From Paecilomyces variotii (Eukaryota), in assembly GCA_004022145.1 (NCBI GenBank), contig RCNU01000001.1: a stretch of 64,000 nucleotides of DNA. One strand, written 5' to 3'. The position numbers and the translations under genes are program-made. How positions within the stretch are numbered: the stretch's first letter is position 1; the number at the start of each line of letters is the position of its first letter. Positions 27,822 through 39,991 of the stretch are shown here, in pieces. The notes under the pieces are model-generated. The model did no database searches. It was not told the DNA's origin and was given only the letters and a program-made list of their open reading frames with translations.

Positions 27822-28997
27822 CTCTGCAAGGAAATTATTATATTTTTAATATATCTTTATATATAGGTTAGTAAACTGGCGTTTCGCATTCTATTAATAA
27901 TTCAGGTTATAGAATATAGCTTAAAAATAGTTAAATATCTCTTTAGCTATCTGAAAGGGGAGGCTTAAGTTTTTATAAAATCTTAAAGATATATAAGCTA
28001 TAGCCTTTTTACCTAAGTAGCTTTAAATATATATAATATAAAAGTAGTTACTTTTATAATAGTTAGCATTTATTCTTAGCTTATTTTTAATCTGCAATAG
28101 CTAATTATTAAACTTAGGGTTTTTTTTATTAATTAGCAGAGGCGGGTCTAATAACTTAATAAAATATTAAGGCTAGTCGCCTCCAGGTCTTAAAATCTCT
28201 TCTTATTTAAGATAAAAGATTATATTTATAATAGCCTCCTTATAGTCTTCTTATTTATATATAAGTTTTATAGCTTATTATTCTGCTTTTATTATATAAT
28301 ATTTCTTTTAATAAAGCTATTAGGCGAGATTATAATTATAGTTAATTACACATTTATTTATATATTTAATATATTTTAAATTATTAATCTTCTTTAAAAA
28401 GGTAGTAGCAGTATAATACTATATATTCTAAGTTTTATTAGGATCCTCTTTAAAGAATTTCTAAAACTTATCTTAAAAGAGTTCTACTAGCTTATTATTC
28501 TAGTAATATAAAATATATTAATTATTAGTTCTTTTTTTTAGTTTTTATTTAGGCTATTTAGGCTTCTTACTATAGTCTTTAAAATTATTCTTAAAATATT
28601 TAGATTTATTAATAGGCTTTGCTATAGTAAAGGCCTAATTTAGTTCTAATATTTTATTAATTAAGATAGATAAGTTTTATAAGCAGTAAATTATACTTAA
28701 ATAAAAAACCTTAAAAGTAAAATAAAATAAGATAAATAGAATAAGCTTAAAGTAATATTATGCTTAAGCAGACTAAATTAGATTTATTAAAGCTTTTAAT
28801 CTAATATAGCAGTATAATAGAGAACTTTAAGCTAAAAAAAAAAAAGAAAAAAATTCAGAAAAGGAATCCTAATTCTTTTATTTATAGGATTTTTTATTTC
28901 TTAACCGCTTCTAAATAGCGCAGGCGGTTAGATGTTCTGCCGGCAGATTCCTCTCTCTGTCTCCTTGCTGGGTCAGCGCTGTGTCAGCGCCGTAACA
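27822..28997 (-). mobile_element. Fourth Gypsy family relic: 5' LTR and N-terminal gag, cut by the chromovirus-type element
   Basis: Minus-strand de-RIP gag 'DPP.LT...PKFDDWLLQM.DKLR.NADHY' and 'AEEMFD...AIF.DPN....AKRQF..L' (~27,825-28,150). The minus strand starts TGTTACGGCG at 28,997; inner LTR end tentatively ~28,813. Confidence 0.7.
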
Positions 28998-30116
28998 CTA
29001 GGAGTTCCAGTTGCATAGTTATCGTGTAGATATTTTCCTGTTTTCAGCTATTTATTAAGCCTGCCTGTATTAGCATGCTTGTTACCTATAGATAGAGAAC
29101 CTTATAGCTAGCCTAAGTATTAATCTCTTAATTCTATTGATTCAACTGCCTGCAAGAAGCCTATACCTTAACATTATATAGCTTTTACCTAAGGAGTTAA
29201 TACTGCAAAAATGTTTACACTAGTACCTTTATCCTTATTTTAGGACCTTAAAGAATTTAGCAAGCATATTGCTAGTTATAGCCCTAAGTAATATGAATAC
29301 TATTATCTAGCATATAAGTATAGTTATTTGAAAAAAAAAAAAAAAATAAAAATGAAAAGTACCCTAAGTTACTACCTCTATAGAGTTCAGCAGATAAATC
29401 TTCTAAAACTTTCACAGGTTAAAATTTCAGGCTCTGCCCGCCGAGATTTTTAAACTAGTGATATTAACATTAAGAGTCTTTATCTAACAAAGAAGATATT
29501 GAATGAGAGGGCCTATCTTTATTTGAGAAGAGTTCTCTTGCCTACTAACTCGCGTAATGCAATATCAGCCGGCATTGTTGCAGACTTGTATCTGTACCGA
29601 GAGGTTAAGTAATACACGAAAGAAGCATAAAAGACATAAGGAACAACAATACTTTCTCTGTATAGAGAGCACATAGAGTTTCATTTCTAATATAGTAATA
29701 TAGAAGCAGTTAATGTAAACATGATTGTAATCCTAATAACACTTAGATTTCTACTGCGATATCTTGCTAAACCAGGACAAAATGGCCGCAGGAGCTGAGA
29801 GTCCTGCTCATTTCCTGGAACGACAAACCAGAAAAACAGAGAACCAGAGGACCGGCAAATCAGATCCTACCACACCGCGCTCACCATTACGAGGACCAGA
29901 AGGGAATAAGATCACGCGGGGCGGGATGTCTAGTATTGAAGTCCACATTCAATAAACACCCCTCGTAGTCAGATAAGAATTTTTCTCGAACATCATCATC
30001 GCGAGCGAGGGGGAAAAATAACCTCTCGACACGAGGGACCACATATTTCAACCGAGTTTCGTGTAGTTCACCCATAAACATGGGAGACAAAAGGACCCTC
30101 CAATATTCAAACAAAT

Positions 30117-33100
30117 TTAAGCAACAGAGGCGACAACAGTGGCCGCAACACCCTCCTCTTCAGCCCTGACGGTGACCTTGGTCGTGACACCAGTTCTAGC
30201 AGAGTAAGCCATCTTGACGAGGGCAGCAACTCTGCCTCCCGAGACGGTCTTTCCGTAAAGCTTGAGAGTGTGGGTGGTGTTGCTAAGAGCCACATCGGTT
30301 CCCTCGAGTGGCTGCAGCGACAGCGTCTGGATGAGCTGCTCGGTAGCATCTGGACGAGTTAGCTCCAAAGTTTGAATCCCAGGAACTGCTGCTATCCCTG
30401 GAAGAATGAAAGCTTCTTGACTTACCAGAAATTCCCTTGACGTTACCCAGTTGTAGAGTCTCACTAGCCTCTTCTCCGTTGGCACCGGTCTGCTCCCACA
30501 CGTGGTCAAAGCTTCCAGCAAAGGCAGGGATGACATAGTCGCTGCCCGTCAGCTCGAGGTCTTCGACCTGGTATTCGTCTTCATATCCACTCTCCTCCGG
30601 TTCACCGGTGGTTGGGTCGATTTCCTTGCTCGTAAACTTCAGAACGTTCGTAAAGGACGTAACGGGGAAGCTGTGCTCGCCGCCCAGCTTCTTAAATGCG
30701 ACATAAACGACGCCTGGCTCATTGGTGGCGAGCTTCGGCAGAGGAACAATGAAGTCCTCCTCCAACACCTCGTCTTCCTCAGATGGCGTTGCGACGACTG
30801 AAACATCCTCCAAGACAGTGTCAGGAAGGGTGTTCTTGATGTCATACTGTAAGACGACATGCTCCTTGAAGATGTGCTTGACCGCGCTGACAACATACTC
30901 GGTCTCGCTCTCGGTAAGCTCGACGGGAGAAGACGACTTGAGCAATGTTCCATATTCCTTGAGCTCTGGGATGAGGATGAGTTGCTCCGCGTACTTCTGA
31001 GTCGCTGCGGCCGCCGAGGCGGCTCCGTCGACGGCACCCTGGGCCTTCTTCGGGGGACCAGCGGAGGGAGCCTTGAGGGTAGGGGTCGCGGTCGTGAGCT
31101 TCTTCGTCCTTTCTTCTGCCAGGGCCTGCTCGTGCGACACGACCGGGATCGTGGCTAGATCGAATGCCTTGGCGAACGTTTCCTTATCCGTTGCAGTCAC
31201 ATACATGACCAGCTGGTGCTCGAAAGTAGACAGGGAGTACATAGAGTCTAAGCCCGTTAGCTTTCTGCCACCAAGACAGCGAACGAGGCAGTGACTTACC
31301 GTTCTTGATAAATTTCTCCGCGATTTCATCCTCCTCGCTCATCAACCTGAGGTTGAGCGCAGCACGATCACGGACCTCATCATCGGTATCATCCAAACAT
31401 CTCGTAAGAAGGACAGACACGCTTCTCTTGACCTCAGGGTCCTTCTGTCCAACGCCAAACTTGGCGAGCGCTGTAACGGCGGCAGCCCGAACCAGAGCGT
31501 TTTCCAGAACCACCCTGTTATAGATATACCGGATATACTTGGTGGGGTGAGACGTCTTGGGGCCCTCCACACCGAGAAGGTGCAGGATTCTGACGGAGAG
31601 CTTGGTGAACTCACAGTCCTCGATAAACTCGCACAGGTGAGTGAGAGCTGCTTGTGGTTAGCATATAGGGCAACGCTTCGAGGACTTCTTCGACATACCA
31701 TCTTCCTTGCTTTCAGGAACGAATTTAATAAGATCGAACATGCTCTCAACCACACTTCTCTTGAATTCATAACCACCCTCGTCCCGGAGAATACCGCTCA
31801 GGAAGGACAGCATGCCAGCCTGCTTGCTGGGGAACTTGAGGCACAGCGTTCGAATAGCCTCAACAATTGTAATCTTGAATTCGTCCGTAGTATCAGCCAT
31901 GAAGCCAGAGATTTGCTTCATCAGGCGGTCTACACTAGCTTCATTGCCGGTCTTAAGAAGCGTGGTAATCGCAAAGGTGGCTATCGAACGGTTGCTGCTG
32001 GAGATGAGCGCTTCGATATCGGGGTTACATTGGTTCACAACATGCGGCTTGAAAGAGGCAAAGTTGTGGAGGATACGGATGGCAGCGAACTTGGTGATGT
32101 TCCGAGGCGAAGAAAGGAAGAGCTGGAGGACATGGACGGCTTGGGAGGCCTCCGCGTCCGTGACATCTCTGAGATCGCAGATAGCCTTGGCAGCCTCGAA
32201 GTTGACCATCTCGTGCTTGTGTCGCAGCCAGCCGTCCAGCATCTGCACCATGGGCTTCCTCAGACTTGGGTCCTCCTCAGCCAACTTCGCAGCCAGTCGT
32301 ACGAGCAGCACAACAGCCGCGGGACTCTTCACCGCGCCAGCCCCACCATATTGCTGAACCATCTTCACCAAGGCCATCCGGTCGTGCGCTCGCATCTGGT
32401 ACAGGAGACCAATGGCATGGTATTGGGTCATGTAGTTCGCCTGGGAAATCGCGTGAGAGGCCCCGCCACCTCCGAATCCGAGGAAACCGGTTGACTGCTT
32501 GGACGACGAAGCCGCTTCTTGTGTTTCGCTCTGCCATCTTCGGACCACGTCGCGAGCAATCGGGAGAAGGTGGTAGGAGGAGACCAGGGCTGCTGACGAG
32601 ACGGAAGGATTCTTGTCGACAATGGCAGTCTTAATAAGTCTCTCAATGCCTTGGACGGTCGTAGCCTAGGTATCTCCGGCGTCAGTTTGCATTGTCATCT
32701 GTACGAGCAGATGGAAAAGCTTACGTCGATGATGCGACAGAGCGCTCTGATGGCATTGGCGCGGTAGAGCACATCACTGCCCACTGCGGTGTCCTTCATG
32801 ATAATACTCGTTGACATGATCACATCTTCCGCGGTATTCGCCAATTCCTTCAGGATCAAGTACACCATCTGTCGCAAGGAGGGGTCCTTATTCTGAAATA
32901 GCTTCGAGATACCGAAAAAGAGCGTCGTGGCCTCGTTCACGGAGAATTGCTCCCCGGTGAACAAGAGGACACCGATCTTCGTTAATAGAGTGCGGCATTT
33001 TCGCGGCGATATGGGAGAGGAATTGAACAATCGTGCTGGACGGAGGACAAGTCAGCTCTCCGCGGGCTGGAGGGAGGATCTGACCAACTTCCAGCACCAC

Positions 33101-33203
33101 CCCGATCTCAGGAGAAAGTGAACGTACCATCCTGGAATACAGAGGTCCGATCTAGCTTGATCATGACCTGATCTGCATCCTCGTCCTTCTTAACGTAACT
33201 CAT
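30117..33203 (-). CDS. SEC21: Coatomer subunit gamma (gamma-COP), 6 exons
   Basis: Exons 33203-33128, 33035-32725, 32665-31699, 31647-31300, 31247-30426, 30349-30117, all with GT-AG introns. Reads [11 protein letters not shown]..., [28 protein letters not shown] and the appendage segment [12 protein letters not shown]. Confidence 0.96.
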
Positions 33204-33709
33204 TGTGACTGCCTGCTGAGTTCACAGCGGCTCAGAACCGGGGGGTGGCGTAAGTAGAGCGCGAAAGGGAGTGTGAACTGACACCCGCGAGGTTGAGACT
33301 CCGGGGATCAATAAGGGCGGATAGTAAGTAAGAGCGGGCGGTGTAATAACGAGACTACCGCGCCTTCATCATTCGCGGCCAGACGCAGAAGAATAAGTAG
33401 TATATGAAGAATGAATCACGGACCAGTCGCATCCAATGGTCAGACTGCAAGCAACACCCCGAGGACTTCTGGATGCTCGACGGTGGTAGTAGATAGTCCA
33501 GCTTGTCCGCCAGATCTCCAGTTGTCCTTCCCGGGTCTGTTGTGGGCGCATCAGCCACGGTGGCCCGACAAACATTGCAAACATCGAGCATCGGATGCTG
33601 TACTGGTAACTAAGAAGGACTACAAGTTAATGATAATTCTGCGAAATAAACAGTTATCTGCTCGGAATTAACTTGACAAGGTACTGAGTATTTTCATCAC
33701 GGAATCATC

Positions 33710-34715
33710 ATGAATCCAGCCGCAATGGACATGCCCGTCGAGGTGCCCGTTGATGACCCCAACGCAGACACGGAATGGTAAATGCCATCATCCCACTTCC
33801 CCGCGCTCATGATATATCATCCTTATTTGGGGTAACTCCACAACTTCGAACGGTACCTAATCTTTTCCTCTCCAGGAATGACATTCTCAGAAAACATGGC
33901 ATTATCCCCGAGAAGCCTCCTTCCCCCACCCCGATCATCGAGCAAGCGATTCTCGAAGCGCGGCAGAGAGAGTACGAGAACCGACTGGAAGACAAGGATC
34001 TAGACGAGCTCGCAGACCTCGAAGACGAAGAAGATGAAGAATTCCTCACACAATACCGGTACGACTCCCATCCATCCATCAGACCATTTCCCCCTTCTCC
34101 CCTTCTAACAACTACCCCAGAAACAAGCGGCTCGCAGAACTATCCACGCTCCAACAAGCCAGCATCTACAACCAAGTTTACCCTCTCCAGAAAGTGGATT
34201 ATGCCCGAGAAGTCACAGACGAGTCATCCAAAGCCTTCGTTCTCGTCCACCTCACCTCCTCATCAGGAAATGTGGAGTCGCGCGTATTATCAGAGCTCTG
34301 GCGACAACTCGCAGCCAAGTTCGGGGATATAAAGTTCTGCGAGATCCGTGCGGATATGTGTATTGAAGGGTATCCCGAGAGGAACACGCCTACGATCTTG
34401 GTTTACAAGGATGGCGAAATTAGACGACAATTCGTGACGTTGAGGGAATTGAATGGTCCTAGGACTAAGATTGAAGGTGGGTTCATCTTGGCCTCTTCTT
34501 GTGGTTTTCATCTCCTGAATACGTATTGGGGAAATACGCTAACAACTGACCGTTTTTATGCAGACTTGGAGAAAGTCCTTGTAGAAATCGGCGCTGTCAA
34601 AGAGAATGATACTCGTCTACGGAAGCGGTCCGATTCCACAGATGATGAAGGCTCCCGCCGACCCAAGGTCACCAACAACAACAACAATAGCGATGACGAT
34701 GACGACTGGGACTGA
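33710..34715 (+). CDS. PLP2: Phosducin-like protein (PhLP2/VIAF type), 4 exons
   Basis: Exons 33710-33777, 33876-34058, 34121-34476, 34564-34715. Motifs DPNADTEWNDILRKHGIIP and CIEGYPERNTPTILVYKDG; acidic tail DDDDDWD. Start could be 33710 or a nearby in-frame ATG. Confidence 0.92.
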
Positions 34716-35265
34716 GCGCCAAGGTTCAATAACTCCAACAAAAAAAGAAAGAAAAAACGCAGCAAAAAAAAAAAGAAGTAAAAGAAAAAGAAAACTCCCT
34801 CACGTGGGTTTAGAACACAACCTCCTCATAGAAGAAAAAAGCGTATCAGGATCGCCCGCATCAGTTTTCCATCCTGTGTCTGAAATCGCTGGGCATAAAG
34901 AGTCGTGTCCTCATCAGGATCGATTCTATATCTGGAATGACAAGCCCAATGTGTACTGCATTGGCCTCCTGCTTTTCTCTTTACGTGACCCCGTGGAGAA
35001 CGCGGTACATACATGTACAATAGTTGCATTATTCCCCAATCGCCATCCCCTTTATCAGTGGAGGTGACGGCGGAACAGCATGATCAAGTATGGAAAATGA
35101 GAGAAAAAAAAGAAACCAAATCTTTCATAATATCAAGAATGTAGAAAACTCATATTGGGCCTTCTAATCTAAACTGTGTTCAGACAAGATAATTCGAATA
35201 GGGCCTTAACAGCGTCAAATCAAGCGGGTTAGGATGGCGACGTAACGACAAATCTAGAAAGTATC

Positions 35266-36233
35266 TGTCGAATCCTAAACAGCACAGAAGCAGGATTTGA
35301 ATTGCTTGCTTGACTCTAGGTCTAGGGGGGATTTGATCCCATATTTATCTCTAGCATACAAAGAATCCAGTAGGTTCGATCCAATTCCATACAGAAACGT
35401 TGTGTAACAAATAATTGCAGATCACCTAGCGTTTGCTTTATACACCAACACACCCCCTTAAGCTGGCAATCATCTGGCCGGCCCAATAATCTTTCCAAAA
35501 TAGGAAAATCTGAAGCTATCCGGCTTAGCCCAGTCTGCCTCGTCCAAAAACCTATCTTCAAATTCACTCAACCCCAAATTGAATATGAAGCCTTTTATCC
35601 TTATTACATATAAGTCCATTCTAACAATCTCTATCCGACCGCCTAGTCCGTAGCATTCGCCCTAACTCTAATCTTTTATAGATAACTCTGATCCTTTGTG
35701 GATAACTCTAATCCTTCGTAAATAGCCATACCTCAATATAGCTGACTTGCGTCATTAATATCTATCAGTTAATCTCTGGTGCTCATCTTTTATCGTCGAT
35801 CGTCGATCTCTTAGATCCTTTAGCATCTTCGCGCAACTAATTCGTACAAGGATGGTTGATATTGGCTTTTCATAGCATAGCACTCTTAGCCGCTCGTCTG
35901 GCTATCTTAGCCGTTGGGTTAAGGATGTTGCTCACAAAGTAACAGAGGTACAGCAACAAATAAGGATAATATTTAACGTGCTTCAACAAAGGTCTTAGTC
36001 TTAATCAAATACCAGAGTACTCAGACATAAATCTCCGGGCTCATAACCTATCAAATCCTAAACAGCACGGAAGCAGGATTTGAATTGCTTGCTTAACTCT
36101 AGGTCTAAGGGGGATTTAATCCCATATTTATCTCTAGCATACAAAGAATCCAGTAGGTTCGATCCAATTCCATACAGGAACGTTGTATAACAGATAATTG
36201 CAGATCACCTGGCGTTTGCTTTGTACGCCGACA
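35266..36233 (-). mobile_element. Non-autonomous Copia-type mini LTR element (TRIM-like), 968 bp
   Basis: 185-bp direct repeats at 35266-35450 and 36049-36233 (TG...CA). 5-bp TSD GTATC (35261-35265 / 36234-36238). On the minus strand, GGTTATGAGCCC follows one LTR (fungal Copia-type PBS) and AAGGGGGTG precedes the other (PPT). About 600 bp of interior with no recognisable gag/pol. Confidence 0.9.
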
Positions 36234-36542
36234 GTATCAAAGCGGCTGCAGAAGGTTGTGGCATCTACAGGTAATCTAAGTAAGGTACATACATACATGG
36301 CTCGTAAACCGAGAACCGGGAGCAAGAAAAGTAAATGATACAGTTATTTAACTGATTTAACTTCAACTGATGAAGTAATATACTGAAAAAAGAGAGATGC
36401 TATAGATATAGACAGTCATGGAAAGAAAAGTAAATGAGAGAGAGAAAAAGATCCTTTTTGCTCCTGGATATCCAATCTGACACTGCCCATTGAGGGCAGG
36501 ACTAAGTCCACGGCTCCACCCCTTTTCTGGGATTTGCATATG

Positions 36543-36566
36543 TATATATATATATATATATATATA
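36543..36566. repeat. (TA)12 microsatellite
   Basis: Perfect dinucleotide run downstream of the bZIP gene. Confidence 0.9.
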
Positions 36567-36913
36567 GATGGTGTCGAATAAACACAAAAGGATGGGAAGG
36601 CAATAAGAAGTAATAAACCCAGAGAGAAACCAGACCACATTATTCGGAAGAACTGAATGACCCCGTAAACATCGCAGAGAGTAGTTTAGTACCATTGCTA
36701 CTCATCCCACACAGGCTCCAATGACTCCAGACATGTCCCATCATACCTCGTCCCATAACGGTAAATTGCCGATATTGATCCCAAATTCGACAGAAAATTC
36801 AAACAGTAGTAGGAAAGAAAAAAAGCCCCGAGCACCGGATAAGATATGTGAGCGTAAAAAAAAAAAGGAAATATGAGGAATCCTCCCCTGTATGACCAGC
36901 TCCATGCTGTTTT

Positions 36914-37971
36914 TCAGATCAATTCGTCGCTGCCACCTGCGACACTCTCCTCGATGGCCTTCCGTATGCGAGATTCTTCAAAGACGGGACCCTGACCATC
37001 GCAGCGTGCGACACCCCTGAGTCTCTCGCAGACAACACCAATGTCCACTAGACCCCGTTTAAACATTTCGTGCTGCTGGATCAGGTCCCAGGTGGCGCCA
37101 GCATCCAAGAGTCTCTCACCCGTCTCCTCACTGACGGTTATCCGGTGGACGGGACTTGGCTCTCCTTCTTTTAGAACACTGGAGTAGAAGTCCGTAGGGG
37201 AAAACTGCATCGGACCAGTAGTCGTGGCTTCTTGGGGTCCACGGCCATTGTTCGAGCCCAGACCGGAGTGGGCAGTAGCACGTAGGATCTCATTTTCAGT
37301 GGCGTATTTAGCCAGTTCACGCTTGAGACGCTCATTATCCGCATGTAAGGTGGTGGATGCTTGCTCTAGGTCGTTGAGCTTCTGTTCCAGTTCGCGGACG
37401 TGGCGTTCTTTCCTCTCACGAAACGCTCGTTGACTGCAAATGAAATCATCGGTCAGTTTTGTGTGTGTCTATTTTTATTCATCGCAAAGGTTCACATGAA
37501 ATCATCGCGACATACGCGGCTCGATTTTGCGCCTTTCTCCTACTCTGAGCTGGAGTCAATGACTCCTTCTCCTCACTGCTACTCCGGCCGGCATTGTGTT
37601 CTCCGATCGCGTCTTCGCCCGTCTCGGGGGAAGTCTGCTGGGAAGGATCCGCCGGAAAATCGTTGCTCGTACTTGAATTCTTCGAGAAAGAATCTGGCGG
37701 AGAATGGGGTGGAACGGGCCCGATCAGGGTATTCGGGTCAAAGCGAAAGGAGTCGGCAAAGGGATCGTATGGAGGAGGTGGATTGAAGTGATCCTGGAGA
37801 GACGTGTCAGTAACGAGCCTTACGTGAAGGAAGAACTGGCGATGGATGAGAGAGTCTTACTGAATGAGGTGCGCCCCTGAAGTTCTCTGTTTGAGTGTTC
37901 GGTGGCTGAGGCGTTGAGAGCCCAAACGGAGCGAAGGACTGATGAGGCGTTGTGTAATAGGAGTAGTCCAT
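36914..37971 (-). CDS. rsmA: Yap-like bZIP transcription factor (RsmA/Fcr3 type), 3 exons
   Basis: Exons 37971-37861, 37793-37516, 37433-36914. Basic region SRRKAQNRAAQRAFRERKERHVRELE with a leucine zipper. The C-terminal ATWDLIQ...ARCDGQGP segment is typical of Fcr3/RsmA proteins. Confidence 0.85.
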
Positions 37972-39991
37972 TGTATGCACTTGAAGGACCTCCTTCGAGG
38001 CTATGACTCTGACAATAAAGACTCTTGGCTCTGACAATCTCAGGAGCGATGTTGATGGACAGTGAGAATCTAAGAGACGTTGAGCGGAGATGGACGCGGG
38101 CTGCACCGTCGTGGGGCTGAAGAAGAGCGGGAGACGGAATAAGCTTGGGGTCCAGCCGGATATAGTGGGGGAACGATCGCCACTCAACGGAGTTACGGCG
38201 TAGGGTTGACGAGTCTACCATTATTTATGGTACTCTAGGTTCTAGAATGAGCCTTATCTATAGAGATTTTCGTTTTCCACGCCCGGGAATCGAAAGAAGG
38301 TTAAGTTGCGGAGAGTCTAACGACGAGTACTATAAAGGCAAGAAATATAGATGCGATCCAGCAAAGCAACAACGGCTCACCGCCTCTGTACGAAGGCATG
38401 GCATCATCGTCGACTCTGGTACTAGATCATAGACCTTGGGGCTTGAAGGTCAAGATTGTTCTCATAATATCCAATCCCACCTAAGGATCATATAACATCA
38501 ATCACCTACCCAGCTTCCAGAATGAATATTTACTCTAGATGAATTTGGGACCAGGTGTGCTATTACTATTATTACTAGTAATACTGTAATAATATACGGC
38601 TAGTGGAGATCGCACTGACATTTCCATCATCTAGTTATCTTAGAAAAATGCACTATCCCATCGATGACGATCATTTAGAAATCTCCCCCTTGTCCCGATA
38701 CGTGAGTAGATCGAGGCGATCACGATGCTAGCATCTTTCTTGTAATCCATAAGTTACCTACCCCAAGAGGAACAAACTATCTATGCATGCACGAAGCGCC
38801 GAGGCCGTTATTTTTCACTACCCGCTACACAGTGAGGGTCAACCTACGAGATATTGGTTCAAGGATCAGCTCAATGGAAAATTGGACGGGAGAGAATCTG
38901 TGTTTATCTTGCAGAGAACAACTACTAATTAGAGAAACGGCGCGAAGGCGATCTCCCGAGACGTGATAGTGAACCCGTCCTCAGGACGGAAACCTACTTC
39001 CCAGGCTGACCTGCCTTCATAAAAAGGGGCGAGATAAACATTCAACATTAAGAAACAACGCGAATATCATGCAATTTGACGCAATACCACCCCGGACGCG
39101 ACCCTAGCCACTTTCCTCCGCCAGGTACCCAAGCACAAGAGAGAGCGACAAGAGCCCGATTGCCCCCACGGCCATATAAATCCTTGCGTCAATCAAGCTT
39201 TCCGAAATAGTAGCAATTGATTGAGCGACTGGCCAAGGTAAACAATCGATCTCCGCCCGCATCCACTCCGCGCCCCGTATTCGTTTTCCGTCCACATCCA
39301 CACCATTGCCGCGTCAATCGATACACACAAAAAAACAAAAGAAATAACTGCATGCTAACACGAGAAAAAAACGTGTTGTAAGGGGTCAACGAAGTCCAAA
39401 CGATTGGCAAGGGAATCAACCCGAGGAATCTGCAGCCAGGGACGAGACAGTAAATCAGTGATTAACATTTCGTTCCCATGACACGCAAGCTCCATTCGAT
39501 CTCCTTGGTCTCCCTTCTGGCCGTTGCACTGGGGGTATTTCCCAGCGATCACGGTTTGATCCGAAAGAACTTGCCAGAAGGTTGACACATGATAGCCATG
39601 GTTGAAGCGCCTCGAAACACGCATCAACTGCTGGGTGATTAAATGTAGTCAGTCGATTATGGAAAACAACGCAAAGCCCGGCACAAAATCAAGCCACTAG
39701 GCGATCGATCCCCACCAGTATAGTAGAGGACGGGTGCGCGAGCAGGCGATGGTAATCCACGGTTCGAGAACGGCCAAGATCGGAAATGATCGAAAACAGG
39801 CTGGACGGCTAAAAAGAAGAGACGGCATAAAAAATGGAGACAGAGTTCCAGGGTAGAGAAGTCCGATGGTTCTGCTGCGTTCGGCATTACGACACCAGCA
39901 CCACAGGGTTTCAGACTTCCAGGTTCAGGATGACAGTAGCAGGGAGCCACGAATCCTACAATAGTAGAGCCTCGCCGCCAGCACCAGACTA

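Larger units (their letters stand above)
1..29000. repeat. AT-rich block of RIP-degraded nested retrotransposons (heterochromatin-like)
   Basis: Strong TpA excess, with CpA/TpG and CpG nearly absent. No intact ORFs. Gag, RT, RNase H and integrase motifs become readable when TAA/TAG are reverted to CAA/CAG/TGG. Composition returns to normal over ~29,000-29,750. Confidence 0.95.

Noticed and set aside
1..29000. AT-rich block as mitochondrial insertion, alternative genetic code or contaminant
   Set aside because: It contains LTRs, TSDs and retroelement motifs with a TpA-biased transition pattern and grades into normal nuclear genes; RIP explains it.
31547..32494. 315-aa + strand ORF and other ORFs overlapping SEC21 and teaA
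   Set aside because: Antisense or alternate-frame shadows of well-supported conserved genes.
35370..35385. B-box-like GGTTCGATCC in the mini-element LTRs
   Set aside because: No A-box or cloverleaf; a 10-mer match is weak evidence for a Pol III unit or SINE.
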